Assembly (NCBI GenBank): GCA_046052125.1
Contig: JBJOMY010000004.1
Span: 192,001 to 256,000, forward strand
Direction of reading: 5' to 3'
DNA: 64,000 bases
Source: Cyanobacteriota bacterium
GTDB taxonomy: Bacteria > Cyanobacteriota > Cyanobacteriia > PCC-6307 > Cyanobiaceae
Both the position numbers and the translations under genes were made by a program. Under the pieces are notes generated by a model, which saw only the letters and a program-made list of their open reading frames with translations, did not search any database and had not been told where the DNA came from. This document shows, piece after piece, positions 11,650-21,354 of this stretch. How positions within the stretch are numbered: position 1 is the first letter of the stretch; the number at the start of each line of letters is the position of its first letter.

Positions 11650-12662
11650 GCCCAGGGCTGTTCGCGTGGCTGACCGTTGCCCAAATTACGTGCCAGCCAA
11701 CCCAGGATGTGGTGGTTGAACAGGGCTGGCTGCTCGTCGTGGGGGCAATGGCCCAGTTCCGGCAGCAGTCGCAGCTCCAGATCGCTCTTGTGATGCTTCA
11801 GCCGCTGACTGATCAGCGGGGGCACCAGCCGGTCTTGGCTGCCCCACACCACCAGCAAGGGCTGTTGCATGCGCTCCAGCAGGGGAGCTGCTGTGGCCCC
11901 GTGGGGCCGTAACGCCATGCCGATGCTCATCGCCCGCAGTGCCCGCGCTGCCTGCGGCCGCAGCGCAGGGCGCGCGATCAAGCGCCTGAGCTCACGGTCC
12001 ACAGCCAGTTGATCGTTGTAGGCACTGCGCAGGCCCAGATCCAGCAGCGGCGTTCGGGCAATCAAGGGCACCAGCAGTTCCAGGGGCAGCAGCCGGCAGA
12101 GGAACACCACCACCGAGCGTTTGAGCTGCCTTCGCCAGGGCCGCCGCCGGCGTTTGAGGGGCATCAGCAGGGTCGGGTCCGGCAGCGGTGCCGCCACCAC
12201 CCCGGCCACCCAGGTCGGGAAGAACACGGCGCAGGTCACGGCCACCAGGCTTCCGAGCGAGTTGCCCACTAGCACCGCTGGCCCCTGCACCACCTGCTCG
12301 AGAAACGCCTGGAGTTGCCGCGCCCAGAGTCGGTTATCCAGCGGCCTGTGGCGCCTGTGGCTCGGCTGGCTGGAGGCGCCAAAGCCCACCAGATCGATCG
12401 CATACACACACCAGCCAGCGGCCGCCAGCTCGGCGGCGTTGTGGCGCCAGTGGCCGCTGGCGGCCCCGAAGCCGTGAATCATCACCAGCGCGCGGTGGTT
12501 GCGATCACCAAGCACTCGCCAATGACATTGGTGCTCCTGCCAGGTCCAGAGGCTGTGCTCACCCCACTGGGCCCCTGTGGCGGCAGGCTGGGGCTGAGCG
12601 AGGGGGGTGGAGGAAACGGTGCTGGCCGACACGACGGAACAGGCGGGACGCCGCGCAGACAT
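11646..12662 (-). CDS. alpha/beta hydrolase
   Basis: HGFGA, DLVGFG, GNSLG nucleophile elbow, GHCPHDE. Confidence 0.9.
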   Translation of the reverse strand: MSARRPACSVVSASTVSSTPLAQPQPAATGAQWGEHSLWTWQEHQCHWRVLGDRNHRALVMIHGFGAASGHWRHNAAELAAAGWCVYAIDLVGFGASSQPSHRRHRPLDNRLWARQLQAFLEQVVQGPAVLVGNSLGSLVAVTCAVFFPTWVAGVVAAPLPDPTLLMPLKRRRRPWRRQLKRSVVVFLCRLLPLELLVPLIARTPLLDLGLRSAYNDQLAVDRELRRLIARPALRPQAARALRAMSIGMALRPHGATAAPLLERMQQPLLVVWGSQDRLVPPLISQRLKHHKSDLELRLLPELGHCPHDEQPALFNHHILGWLARNLGNGQPREQPWA

Positions 12663-13812
12663 CGGCGCTCCTTCTGATCACTATTGCGAAGGTGCAGCGC
12701 AACTGGAGCTCGGCTCAGGCTTCTTTCGGCCGGAATCCCGGCCTTCCCGTGATCTGGGGGTGCTGCTGGCCGCCTTGTTGGCGCGCGGCGCGCTGGAGCT
12801 GAAGGCTCCCCTGCAGGTGCTGGATCTGATGGCGGGCTGCGGCATCCGGGCCCTGCGTTACGGCCTCGAATCCGCTGCAGAGGCGGTTTGGGCGAACGAC
12901 GCCGATGGCGACCGCCTGCCGCTGCTGCAGCGGAATCTCGCTCCGCTGGATTGCCCTGTGGAGCACACGGCGCTCACGGCTCAGAAGCTGCTGGCGGGCT
13001 GCCTGCTGGAGGAGCGGCGGTTCGGTTTGGTGGATCTCGATGCTTTCGGCTGCCCCACGGCCCTGGTGCCAGCGGCTCTGGAAGCGCTGCAGTTTGAGGG
13101 GGTTCTGTATCTGGCCAGTACCGATGGCCGCTCCCCCACAGGCCATGACCGTGCAGCGGCCATTCGTTCCCTGGGGGCTTCAGCCCGCGCCCATCCGGCC
13201 AGCTGGGAGCTGGCCCTGCGCTTGCAGATCGCCGTGGTGGCGCGCTCGGCCTGGGCGATGGGCCGTGGGATCCGGCCGCTGTTCAGCTTCAGTGAAGGCC
13301 GCACCTTCCGCACGGCGATTCAATTGCAGCGGCGTGCCGATCCCCGCCAGGAACAGCAGCTGGGACTCTTGGCCCACTGCCATGCCTGCGGAGAGCAGCA
13401 TCAGCAGAGCCTCGTGAATCTGCGCCAGTGGCCGGCCTGCGCCTGTGGGGCCCCTAATCAGGCCCCACCGCTCGCGATTTCAGGCCCGCTCTGGCTGGGC
13501 CCGCTCCAGCACGCACCGAGCTTGCGTGCGATGCAATCCCAAGCGGATGCCTGGCCAGATGACCGCATCCATCGAGCCAGCCGTCGCCTCCTGGCCAAGT
13601 TGCTGGCCGACCCGGGGGTGCCCGCCCGCTGCTGGCCCACCGCCGAGCTGGGCCGGCGCCTGGGTGGTGGTCCGCCAGCCACCGATGCGCTGCTGCAGGC
13701 CTTGGAGGCCGAGGGGTTCACGGCCTTGCGATCGGGGGTGATGGATGGATTGTTTCGCTGCAATGCCCCCTGGACGCGCGTGTTGGAGCTGGCGGCTGCG
13801 CTAAACAGGTAG
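12607..13812 (+). CDS. Trm1-like tRNA (guanine-26) N2,N2-dimethyltransferase (start approximate)
   Basis: [41 protein letters not shown]...CAC zinc motif, GPLWLGPL. Confidence 0.8.
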   Translation: MEETVLADTTEQAGRRADIGAPSDHYCEGAAQLELGSGFFRPESRPSRDLGVLLAALLARGALELKAPLQVLDLMAGCGIRALRYGLESAAEAVWANDADGDRLPLLQRNLAPLDCPVEHTALTAQKLLAGCLLEERRFGLVDLDAFGCPTALVPAALEALQFEGVLYLASTDGRSPTGHDRAAAIRSLGASARAHPASWELALRLQIAVVARSAWAMGRGIRPLFSFSEGRTFRTAIQLQRRADPRQEQQLGLLAHCHACGEQHQQSLVNLRQWPACACGAPNQAPPLAISGPLWLGPLQHAPSLRAMQSQADAWPDDRIHRASRRLLAKLLADPGVPARCWPTAELGRRLGGGPPATDALLQALEAEGFTALRSGVMDGLFRCNAPWTRVLELAAALNR

Positions 13813-13829
13813 CCGTTACGGCACCGGCC

Positions 13830-13931
13830 ATGGCCTCGGAAATCTTCGGCACTGCAGCGCTGTTCTGGGTTCTCATCCCCATTGGCCTCGTGGGCGGCGC
13901 GCTGCTGCTGAAGCTTCAAGGCGACAGCTGA
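13830..13931 (+). CDS. petM: cytochrome b6f subunit PetM (33 aa; below ORF-track cutoff)
   Basis: hand translation [33 protein letters not shown]; single TM helix with the GALLLKLQG signature. Confidence 0.93.
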   Translation: MASEIFGTAALFWVLIPIGLVGGALLLKLQGDS

Positions 13932-14016
13932 CGAGATCGTTCAGCCCAGCTGTTGCTAGGGGCGGGCGCGGGCCAGCAGGCACCCCACTAGGCTCGTGCC
14001 TCGCTGAACAAGCCTC

Positions 14017-14979
14017 ATGCAGGTGCTGGTGATCGGTGCAACGGGCACGCTGGGCAGGCAGATCGCCCGGCAGGCTCTCGATGCCGGCCATCAGGTGCGC
14101 TGCATGGTGCGCTCACCGCGCCGCGCTGCCTTCCTGCAGGAGTGGGGCTGCGAGCTCACCCGCGGTGATCTGCTCGAGCCCGACAGCCTCGACTACGCCC
14201 TCGAAGGCCAGGACGCGGTGATCGATGCCGCCACGGCCCGGGCCAGCGATCCAGGCAGTAGTTACGAGATCGACTGGAGCGGCAAGCTCAACCTCCTCAA
14301 TGCCTGCGAACGCAGCGGCGTGAAGCGCTTCGTGTTTGTGTCGCTGCTGGATGCGGCCAAACACCTCGATGTTCCTTTGATGGACATCAAGCACTGCACC
14401 GAGCAGGCACTGATTGACTCGGATTTCGATTACACGATCCTGAGGTGCGTGGCCTTCATGCAGGGCCTGATCAGCCAGATCGCCATCCCTGTGCTGGAGA
14501 ACCAGACGGTGTGGGTGAGCGGCACGCCCACGCCGATTGCCTACATGAACACCCAGGATGTGGCCCGCTTCGCGGTCGCCGCCCTGAACCGCCCCGAAAC
14601 GATCCGCCAGGCGCTGCCGGTGGTGGGGCCGCGGGCCTGGAGCACCGGTGAGATCACTCAGCTCTGCGAGAAGTATTGCGGCAAAAGCGCGCGTGTCTTC
14701 CGCGTGCGGCCCTTCCTGCTGCGGTTGATGCAGGGTGCCGCCTCCTTCTTCGAGCCTGCGGTGAACGTGGCCGAGCGTCTGTCCTTCGACAAGGTGGTTG
14801 GCGGTGGCACACCGCTGAATGCGCCGATGGAGGAGAGCTATGCCGCCTTCGGTTTGGATCCCGCCGAAACCACGAGCCTCGAGAGCTATCTCAAGGAGTA
14901 CTACGACACGATCCTCAAGCGTCTGCGCGAGATGGAGGCCGATCTCGATAAGGACGCCAAGAAGAAGCTTCCGTTCTGA
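14017..14979 (+). CDS. ycf39: Ycf39-like atypical SDR (PSII assembly factor)
   Basis: VIGATGTLGRQI, FLQEWGCEL, HLDVPLMDIK, YMNTQDVA. Confidence 0.85.
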   Translation: MQVLVIGATGTLGRQIARQALDAGHQVRCMVRSPRRAAFLQEWGCELTRGDLLEPDSLDYALEGQDAVIDAATARASDPGSSYEIDWSGKLNLLNACERSGVKRFVFVSLLDAAKHLDVPLMDIKHCTEQALIDSDFDYTILRCVAFMQGLISQIAIPVLENQTVWVSGTPTPIAYMNTQDVARFAVAALNRPETIRQALPVVGPRAWSTGEITQLCEKYCGKSARVFRVRPFLLRLMQGAASFFEPAVNVAERLSFDKVVGGGTPLNAPMEESYAAFGLDPAETTSLESYLKEYYDTILKRLREMEADLDKDAKKKLPF

Positions 14980-14986
14980 GGTGGTT

Positions 14987-15008
14987 CCACTGGCGACAGC
15001 GCCAGTGG
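14987..15008 (+). terminator. hairpin after ycf39 (possible terminator or RNA-stabilising stem)
   Basis: perfect 9-bp stem CCACTGGCG-ACAG-CGCCAGTGG 7 nt after the stop; weak U-tract. Confidence 0.5.
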
Positions 15009-15055
15009 TTCACCCGTACTATTAATTCAGTGTTGGCGCCGCAGGCGCAGTTCCG

Positions 15056-15271
15056 ATGGGTATCGCGCAAACCAAGAATCTGCAGCGCCGCCTCGGTGTG
15101 TTGGAGCAGGAGGCCGTGGATGAGATCACGCGTGCCTGTGGCAACGAGCTCTGGCAGAGCGTCGGCTTCGACGCGCTCGATAGCCTCTCTGATCCGGATC
15201 GACGGGCTCGGGCGAATTACTACTACGGGCAGCTGCAGGTGGTGCGTGAGCTCAAGGACGCCTTGGTCTGA
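15056..15271 (+). CDS. hypothetical protein (71 aa)
   Basis: clean ATG-TGA ORF, host-like codon usage, AT-rich TACTATTAAT element upstream. Confidence 0.75.
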   Translation: MGIAQTKNLQRRLGVLEQEAVDEITRACGNELWQSVGFDALDSLSDPDRRARANYYYGQLQVVRELKDALV

Positions 15272-15283
15272 GGCCAATCCTCC

Positions 15284-16000
15284 TTATCCGCCGCCACCGC
15301 CGCGTCCTGACTTTCCGCCACCGGCTCGTCCTCCCCGGCCAGGGGAGCGCCGGCCGATCGATCGGTTCTGATCTGCTGGTCTGGGTTGCCGGAGCAGAGC
15401 CTGCAGGCGACGCTCTTCTTCTGGAGCTACAGCGCGCCATTGGCCTGGTGCCAGACCCTCGAGGTTCAGGGGCGCGCCGCCATCCATGAGGTCGATCGCC
15501 ACCCGTAGCAGCCGCAGGGTGGGTAAACCCACGGCGGCGGTCATGCGACGCACCTGTCGGTTGCGTCCTTCCCGCAGTTCGATCTCTAGCCAGCTGGTGG
15601 GAGTGTTGAGCCGATGGCGGATCGGAGGATCGCGCTCCGGTAGGCCTGGATCGGCCAGTTGCGCAGCCCGTGCCGGCAGGGTCCGCTGACCTTGGATCAC
15701 GAGGCCCGTTGCCAGAGCCTGCAGCTGCTCGCCCGTGGCGATGCCTTCCACCTGCACCCAGTAGCGGCGCCAGTGTCCCCAGGCCGGGTCAGTGAGCCGC
15801 TGTTGCAATCTGCCGTTGGCTGTGAGCAGTAGCAGCCCTTCACTGTCAGCGTCCAAGCGCCCCGCGGCATACACATCGGGCACAGGGATGTGGTCGGCGA
15901 GGCATCCCCAGCGGCTGCCCGGTTCAGGCGTGAACTGGCTCAGCACCCCGTAGGGCTTGTGGAACAGGATGGTGTTCAGGACGCCTGGCGAGCGCGCCAC
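15284..16000 (-). CDS. rluE: rRNA pseudouridine synthase (RluE/RsuA family); start may be the CTG at 15979
   Basis: FHKPYGVLSQF, AGRLDADSEGLLLLT, EGRNRQVRRMTAAVG. Confidence 0.85.
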   Translation of the reverse strand: MARSPGVLNTILFHKPYGVLSQFTPEPGSRWGCLADHIPVPDVYAAGRLDADSEGLLLLTANGRLQQRLTDPAWGHWRRYWVQVEGIATGEQLQALATGLVIQGQRTLPARAAQLADPGLPERDPPIRHRLNTPTSWLEIELREGRNRQVRRMTAAVGLPTLRLLRVAIDLMDGGAPLNLEGLAPGQWRAVAPEEERRLQALLRQPRPADQNRSIGRRSPGRGGRAGGGKSGRGGGGG

Positions 16001-16065
16001 AGGTTCACCACACCGATCGAGATCATCAGCAGGCCGAGATCCATCGTCACAGGAGGCAGGATCAT
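15976..16065 (-). CDS. candidate 29-aa hydrophobic peptide
   Basis: hand translation MILPPVTMDLGLLMISIGVVNLWRARQAS; stop overlaps the 5' end of the pseudouridine synthase. Confidence 0.4.
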   Translation of the reverse strand: MILPPVTMDLGLLMISIGVVNLWRARQAS

Positions 16066-16165
16066 CAGCGTCTCAGCGTGTGCAGTCTTGGAGGGCCGAC
16101 CCTAGCTGTTTAGGGGCGCGAACTAGAGTGAGCCCAGCAGTTCGACGTTCCAGCGGCAGCGGCGC

Positions 16166-16435
16166 ATGATCGAGACCTCCGGCGTGATCGAGAAGGAGCA
16201 GGGAAACGGGTTCTACCTGGTCACCCTCGAGCAGCCTGCAGGCCACCAATGCCTCTGCCGGGCCGCTGGCAAGCTCACCAAATTCCGCATCAAGCTGCTC
16301 GCCGGCGACAAGGTGCTCGTTGAGATCAGCCCCTACGACCTCAGCCGCGGCCGGATTACCTATCGCGAACGCAATGCCGCTGCCGGCGGTCCTCGCCCCG
16401 GCGGGAACCGCCCGGGCGGTCCGCGCCGGCGCTGA
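16166..16435 (+). CDS. infA: translation initiation factor IF-1
   Basis: IETSGVI...GKLTKFRIKLLAGDKVLVEISPYDLSRGRITYR. Confidence 0.95.
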   Translation: MIETSGVIEKEQGNGFYLVTLEQPAGHQCLCRAAGKLTKFRIKLLAGDKVLVEISPYDLSRGRITYRERNAAAGGPRPGGNRPGGPRRR

Positions 16436-16449
16436 GCCGAAGCTGGGCT

Positions 16450-17859
16450 TCAGCCCACGGCTGCTCCGAGCAGCTGCTCGATCACAGCTTTGAATTCGCT
16501 GCGTTGCTTCACGCCTCGGAACTGCTGCTTCAGTTCCTTGCGGAAGAACAGTTGCACGGTGGGTGTTCCGCTCACCCCTGCCTGTTCAGCGATTTGCTGC
16601 TCGGCGTCCACATCGATCTCAACGCCCTGGGCACGGCCACCCAGTTCGTCGAGCACGCGCTTGAGCTGGGGCTTGAGCACGTGGCAGGGACCGCAGGTGG
16701 GTGAGGTGTAGACCACCAGCAGGGGCTTATCGCTTTCGTGATACAGCTTGCGGAGGGCATAGCTGCCCTTCTGCCAGAGGGCGTTGGGATCGAAGTTGGC
16801 TTCATCGCTCACGGCGGTGCGCTTCACCTCGCCCACTTCGGCGGGCTCCACCGGCTCCTGACTCACGGTGACCGCCAGGTTGTGGTGGGTGAGCCAGCGC
16901 TCTGCAGCCAGCGCGGCCTGACAGCCACTGCCGGCAGCGGTGATGCCCTGCCGCCACTCGGCATCGGCCACATCGCCTGCTGCAAACACGCCGTCCACGC
17001 TGGTTTCCGGTCGGCCTGGTTTGGTCACCAAATAGCCGTGGTGATCCACCTCGAGCTGCTCCCGCACCAGGCGGGTGTTGGGGGTGTGACCAATGGCATA
17101 GAAGAGGCCCCGCACAGCGATCCGCTCGGCGCTGTTGCCATTGGCGTCCTCCAGCTCAATGGCCTCCATCCATTCGCCGCCACTGCAATCGCGGATGCGG
17201 CGGTTCCAGTGCACGGTGATGTTGGGGTTGGCCAGCACTCGATCGGCCATGGCCTTGCTGGCCCGCAGCTGCTCGGAGCGCACGATCAGGTGCACCCGGC
17301 TGCCGTATTTGGTGAGATACACGGCCTCTTCACAGGCGGAATCACCGCCTCCCACCACGGCCAGTTCTTCGTTGCGGAACTGGGGCGTGGCGCCATCGCA
17401 GATCGCACAGGCGCTGATGCCGGCATTCCAGAAGCGCTGCTCGCTTGGTAAGCCGAGGCGGTTGGCGCTCGCACCGGTGGCCAGGATCACCGCGTGGGCC
17501 TGGATCGTTTCGCCTTCGGCCCGAATGCGGAAGGGGCGCTGTGAGAGGTCGATGCTGTCGGCATCGGCTTCCACCAGCCGTGTGCCCCAGCGCACAGCCT
17601 GGGCCTTGAGCCGATCCATCAGATCGGGACCGAGGATCCCATCGGGAAAGCCTGGGAAGTTCTCCACGTGGGTGGTGGTCATCAGTTGGCCACCAGGGAT
17701 GCCACCGTCCTGGAAGCCTGTGATCACGATCGGCCGGAGGTTGGCCCGGGCTGCATAGATGGCGGCGGTGTAGCCCGCAGGGCCGGAGCCCACGATCACC
17801 ACGTTTTCGATGGCGGCGCCAGAACCGGCGCTGGCAGCTGCTGCAACCTCAGGTGCCAC
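16450..17859 (-). CDS. trxB: NADPH-thioredoxin reductase fused to a C-terminal thioredoxin (NTRC type)
   Basis: GSGPAG, CAICDG, GGGDSA, AAGDV; C-terminal TCGPC thioredoxin domain. Confidence 0.93.
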   Translation of the reverse strand: MAPEVAAAASAGSGAAIENVVIVGSGPAGYTAAIYAARANLRPIVITGFQDGGIPGGQLMTTTHVENFPGFPDGILGPDLMDRLKAQAVRWGTRLVEADADSIDLSQRPFRIRAEGETIQAHAVILATGASANRLGLPSEQRFWNAGISACAICDGATPQFRNEELAVVGGGDSACEEAVYLTKYGSRVHLIVRSEQLRASKAMADRVLANPNITVHWNRRIRDCSGGEWMEAIELEDANGNSAERIAVRGLFYAIGHTPNTRLVREQLEVDHHGYLVTKPGRPETSVDGVFAAGDVADAEWRQGITAAGSGCQAALAAERWLTHHNLAVTVSQEPVEPAEVGEVKRTAVSDEANFDPNALWQKGSYALRKLYHESDKPLLVVYTSPTCGPCHVLKPQLKRVLDELGGRAQGVEIDVDAEQQIAEQAGVSGTPTVQLFFRKELKQQFRGVKQRSEFKAVIEQLLGAAVG

Positions 17860-17970
17860 GACTTATGCGGAATGACTTCGCTTAAGAGGCTAGCGCTGCC
17901 GGGATGCCGCTGCCGAATCTCGCGGTTGGTCGCAGGTTTGACGGGGAAGCAAAAGAGCTTTAGATTTGCT

Positions 17971-18216
17971 TCAGATTTCCAGGAGTCCGTTGCTCTCGCT
18001 GCTGTCGCCCGAGGTCTCCAGCTTGCTGAAGTCGGGAACCATCAGCACGTGCTCGGCCATCAGCTCGGGATGCTGGTCAATGCACAGGATCCATTCCCGA
18101 AACTCTTCGGTGAGCGCGTAGCTGTCTTCGTAGCGCTCGCGATCATCAAGGCTGGCAATGCGGGCGGCCGACCAGTTGATGGCAACGGTGAGGCGGCGCT
18201 GGATTGAGCCTTTCAT
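17971..18216 (-). CDS. hypothetical protein (81 aa)
   Basis: ATG at 18216 (MKGSIQRRLTVAINWS...EEFREWILC); host-like codon usage. Confidence 0.7.
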   Translation of the reverse strand: MKGSIQRRLTVAINWSAARIASLDDRERYEDSYALTEEFREWILCIDQHPELMAEHVLMVPDFSKLETSGDSSESNGLLEI

Positions 18217-18310
18217 GGTTGTCCCGCGATCGCACCACGCTGCTTGGCCAGTGGCCTGATTGGGGTGCGCTTTCGCACAACGTCGCACTTTTTGCCGCAA
18301 TCGAATGTAT

Positions 18311-19807
18311 TTATCGCTGCATTGGCAGGTTGGGCAGTTGCGGACCCCGTAACCGGATCACAGCACCGGCTCCGTCCTCGAGGGCTTGCAGTGGGAGTGA
18401 ACCAGCTCGGCCGCTGCTGCTGGTTTCGGCCTCGGCTTCGCCGCTGCGGGGCCGCAGCACGTAGGGCTCGCTCAGCGACCAGGTGCGCGCGTATTGCATC
18501 AGCAGTGGATCCGCCGGTGCAAACACATAGGAGGGGTGGCGTGGCACGGTTTCCAGCCCGCAGCGCTCCGCATCCATCCGCACGGCCCGGGTGATGCCCT
18601 GTACGAAGCGGGTGCGGGTCACCACCGTGGTGAGGTAGGCCACCACCCGCAGCCGCGGTGCATCGAAGCCTTCGGCGCACATGTCGATGCTCACGAGCCA
18701 GTCGGCTTCGCCGGCTTTGAAGCGCTCCATCCGCTCTGAGGCTTCCGGATCCTGGGAGTGCACCAGATGCACCCGGTCGCCTTCCTCCTCCAGCAAGCCG
18801 CAGATCCGCCTGGCGTGGGCGATGTCGCGGGCGATCACCAGCCCGCCAGCGCCTGGATGCTCACGCCGCACGGCCTCAAGGCGGCGGCGGGCATTGAGCA
18901 ACAGCCGCAGGGCAATGCTGCTGCTGTCTCCCAGTCGGATGGCACGCCGCAAGTTGCGTGCTCTCCAGCTCTCCCGTTGCTCTTGCGACAGGGGAGAGCG
19001 TTCGCTGTCGCCCAGCTCCCCTTGGCGTCCGTGGTCCACCCAGCCGTCCTGGAAGCGAAATTCCAGGGGGCGAACATCCCCGGCGGCGATCAGCTCCCGA
19101 GGTTCCACGCTCAGGTCCGGGGCAATCTGCTCCACCCACTCCAGGCCGTCCTGCACCTGGATGCGCCGCGCCGCGCAGAAACCGAGGTTGTCCGCTCGAA
19201 ACGGCGTTCCGGTGAGCCCGAGCCGAAGCTTGGCCGTGGCGCTGAGGCGGCTGAAGGCGTGGCCCCAGGCAGTGGCTTCCGGCTCCTCTGGGTCCATGCC
19301 GAGGTGATGCACCTCATCGGCAATCGCCAGCCAGGCTTCCCAGCCCACTTGCTGGAGCTGCTCCTCCAGGAGCTCGAGATTGCGCCCGGCCGATTGGTAG
19401 GTGATCAGTAGGCCGTGCGTGCTGCTGCCCAGGGCCTGGAGGTCGCTGCCCGGCTGCCATTCCTCCAGCTCCAGCCCCAGGCGAGAAGCCGCGGCGAGCC
19501 ACTGGCTGGCGATCGAGCTGCGATGGCAAAACACCAACAGACGCTGCAGCCGCCCTTCGCGCTCCAACCGCTCGAAGCTGAGCAAGGCGCCGAGAGTTTT
19601 GCCGGCGCCGGGCCCGGCGTTGATCAACACGTCGTGGTTGCCGGGGCGTTCCAGTCGTCGCCGCAACAGCTGAATCAGCTGGGTTTGCCATTGCCGCGGC
19701 TGCACAGCCGGCGGCTGCCGGAGTGGCGTGATCGGCGGCGCCGTGAGCGAGGGAGCGCCCTGCAGGGGGCGCCGCGGTAGGCGTAGATCGAACGACGGCG
19801 AAGCCAT
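18311..19807 (-). CDS. superfamily-2 DExH helicase (ResIII/UvsW-like)
   Basis: GPGAGKT, IADEVHH, LTGTPFR, DMCAEGFDAP, FVQGITRAVR. Confidence 0.88.
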   Translation of the reverse strand: MASPSFDLRLPRRPLQGAPSLTAPPITPLRQPPAVQPRQWQTQLIQLLRRRLERPGNHDVLINAGPGAGKTLGALLSFERLEREGRLQRLLVFCHRSSIASQWLAAASRLGLELEEWQPGSDLQALGSSTHGLLITYQSAGRNLELLEEQLQQVGWEAWLAIADEVHHLGMDPEEPEATAWGHAFSRLSATAKLRLGLTGTPFRADNLGFCAARRIQVQDGLEWVEQIAPDLSVEPRELIAAGDVRPLEFRFQDGWVDHGRQGELGDSERSPLSQEQRESWRARNLRRAIRLGDSSSIALRLLLNARRRLEAVRREHPGAGGLVIARDIAHARRICGLLEEEGDRVHLVHSQDPEASERMERFKAGEADWLVSIDMCAEGFDAPRLRVVAYLTTVVTRTRFVQGITRAVRMDAERCGLETVPRHPSYVFAPADPLLMQYARTWSLSEPYVLRPRSGEAEAETSSSGRAGSLPLQALEDGAGAVIRLRGPQLPNLPMQR

Positions 19808-19924
19808 CCCGCCATTTTGTTGGCAGGAAGTGAAAAAAGTTGAGGGTTTCTACCTATTCGCTTTGGCGCTGGCGTCCTTAACTTCCGGCCATCACCCCGC
19901 TCCCGGGCCCCAACCCGCTAGCCC

Positions 19925-20101
19925 ATGGACGAGCGCTCCCTCTTCTCCCTCACGCCCGATGAGCTGCGGCAGCACTTTGAGCGTGCCCTCGATCTCGAGT
20001 GTGACCTCGATCCGATGATCCTGCGGGCACGGCAACTGCGGCAGCAGGGCTCCACTCCCCAGGCCCGCTGCCTGGAGCAGGAGCTGCTACCGCTGTTCTG
20101 A
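19925..20101 (+). CDS. small hypothetical protein (58 aa; below ORF-track cutoff)
   Basis: hand translation MDERSLFSLTPDELRQHFERALDLECDLDPMILRARQLRQQGSTPQARCLEQELLPLF; fills the helicase-pntA gap. Confidence 0.7.
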   Translation: MDERSLFSLTPDELRQHFERALDLECDLDPMILRARQLRQQGSTPQARCLEQELLPLF

Positions 20102-20202
20102 TCGCTTCCTTGTGCGGATGTGATCACACGCTTCAACAAACCATTGCCGCCGCCGCGAAGCCCGGCAAACACTGGAGCGTTGTGACGTAAGGCGGCGGGC
20201 GA

Positions 20203-21354
20203 TTGGTACGTGTGCTGGTGCCGCGGGAATGCCGCTCCGGGGAAACCCGCGTGGCGGTAACTCCTGAAACCGTGAAGCGCCTGATGGCTCGAGGCTGCCT
20301 GCTGCAGGTGGAGCAGGGAGCAGGCGAGGCCAGTGGTTTTGAAGATGGGGCCTACGGCGAGGCAGGCGCCGAACTGATTGATCCGGAGGCCGGTGCGGCT
20401 GATCACTGGAGCCGGGCGGATGTGCTGCTGGCGGTGCAGGCGGCCGCTGTTGCCCAGCAGCGCCGAGAGCTGGAGGCGCTCCGCCCCGGCGCCCTGCTCC
20501 TCGGTTTGCTGGAGCCCCATGGCAATGAAGCGCTCAAACAACAGCTCGAGCAGCGCCGCCTCTCGGCCATGGCCCTGGAGCTGTTGCCGCGCATCAGTCG
20601 CGCCCAGACCATGGACGTGCTCTCCTCCCAGGCCAACATCGCCGGCTACAAGGCGGTGCTGCTGGCCTCGGCGGCTCTGGATCGCTACGTGCCGATGCTG
20701 ATGACGGCGGCCGGCACGATTCAGCCGGCCCGCGCCCTGATCCTGGGGGCGGGTGTGGCTGGTTTGCAGGCCCTGGCCACGGCCCGCCGGCTGGGCGCCG
20801 TGGCCTACGTGAGCGATGTGCGCGCCGCTGCAAAAGAGCAGGTGGAATCGCTGGGGGGCCGGTTTATTGCACCACCGGAGATCGAGCAGAAACCCGGCGA
20901 AACCGGCGGCTACGCCCAGCAGGCCACTGAAGCGTTCCTGGCCGAACAGCGCCGCCAGCTCACCGAGCAGCTCGCCCTGGCCGACATGGTGATCTGCACC
21001 GCCCAGGTGCCTGGCCGGCCGGCCCCACGCTTGATCGATGACGCCATGCTGCGGCACATGCGCCCCGGCAGCGTGGTGGTGGATCTGGCGGTGGCCCAGG
21101 GCGGCAACTGCGAGGGCAGCCAGCCGGGAACCACCGTGCTGCGCCACGGCGTGCAGCTCATCGGTGCTGATCAGCTGCCGTGCAGCGTGGCCAACCACGC
21201 CAGCGCCCTCTACGCCCGCAACGTGGCCGCCCTGCTGGAGCACCTGCTGGCTGCTGGTGGCGACCAACCCACTGCCCTGCAACTCGACCTGGAGGATCCG
21301 ATCGTGAGCGGTTGCCTGTTCACCCACCACAACCCCGCCGGAGGTGCGGCATGA
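20203..21354 (+). CDS. pntA: NAD(P) transhydrogenase alpha subunit, soluble domain I
   Basis: GETRVAVTPE, RISRAQTMDVLSSQANIAGY, GAGVAGLQA, VDLAVAQGGNC. Confidence 0.95.
   Translation: MVRVLVPRECRSGETRVAVTPETVKRLMARGCLLQVEQGAGEASGFEDGAYGEAGAELIDPEAGAADHWSRADVLLAVQAAAVAQQRRELEALRPGALLLGLLEPHGNEALKQQLEQRRLSAMALELLPRISRAQTMDVLSSQANIAGYKAVLLASAALDRYVPMLMTAAGTIQPARALILGAGVAGLQALATARRLGAVAYVSDVRAAAKEQVESLGGRFIAPPEIEQKPGETGGYAQQATEAFLAEQRRQLTEQLALADMVICTAQVPGRPAPRLIDDAMLRHMRPGSVVVDLAVAQGGNCEGSQPGTTVLRHGVQLIGADQLPCSVANHASALYARNVAALLEHLLAAGGDQPTALQLDLEDPIVSGCLFTHHNPAGGAA

Noticed and set aside
18226..18233. HIP1 octamer GCGATCGC (another copy near 48233)
   Set aside because: Only sporadic copies noticed by eye; enrichment cannot be claimed without counting
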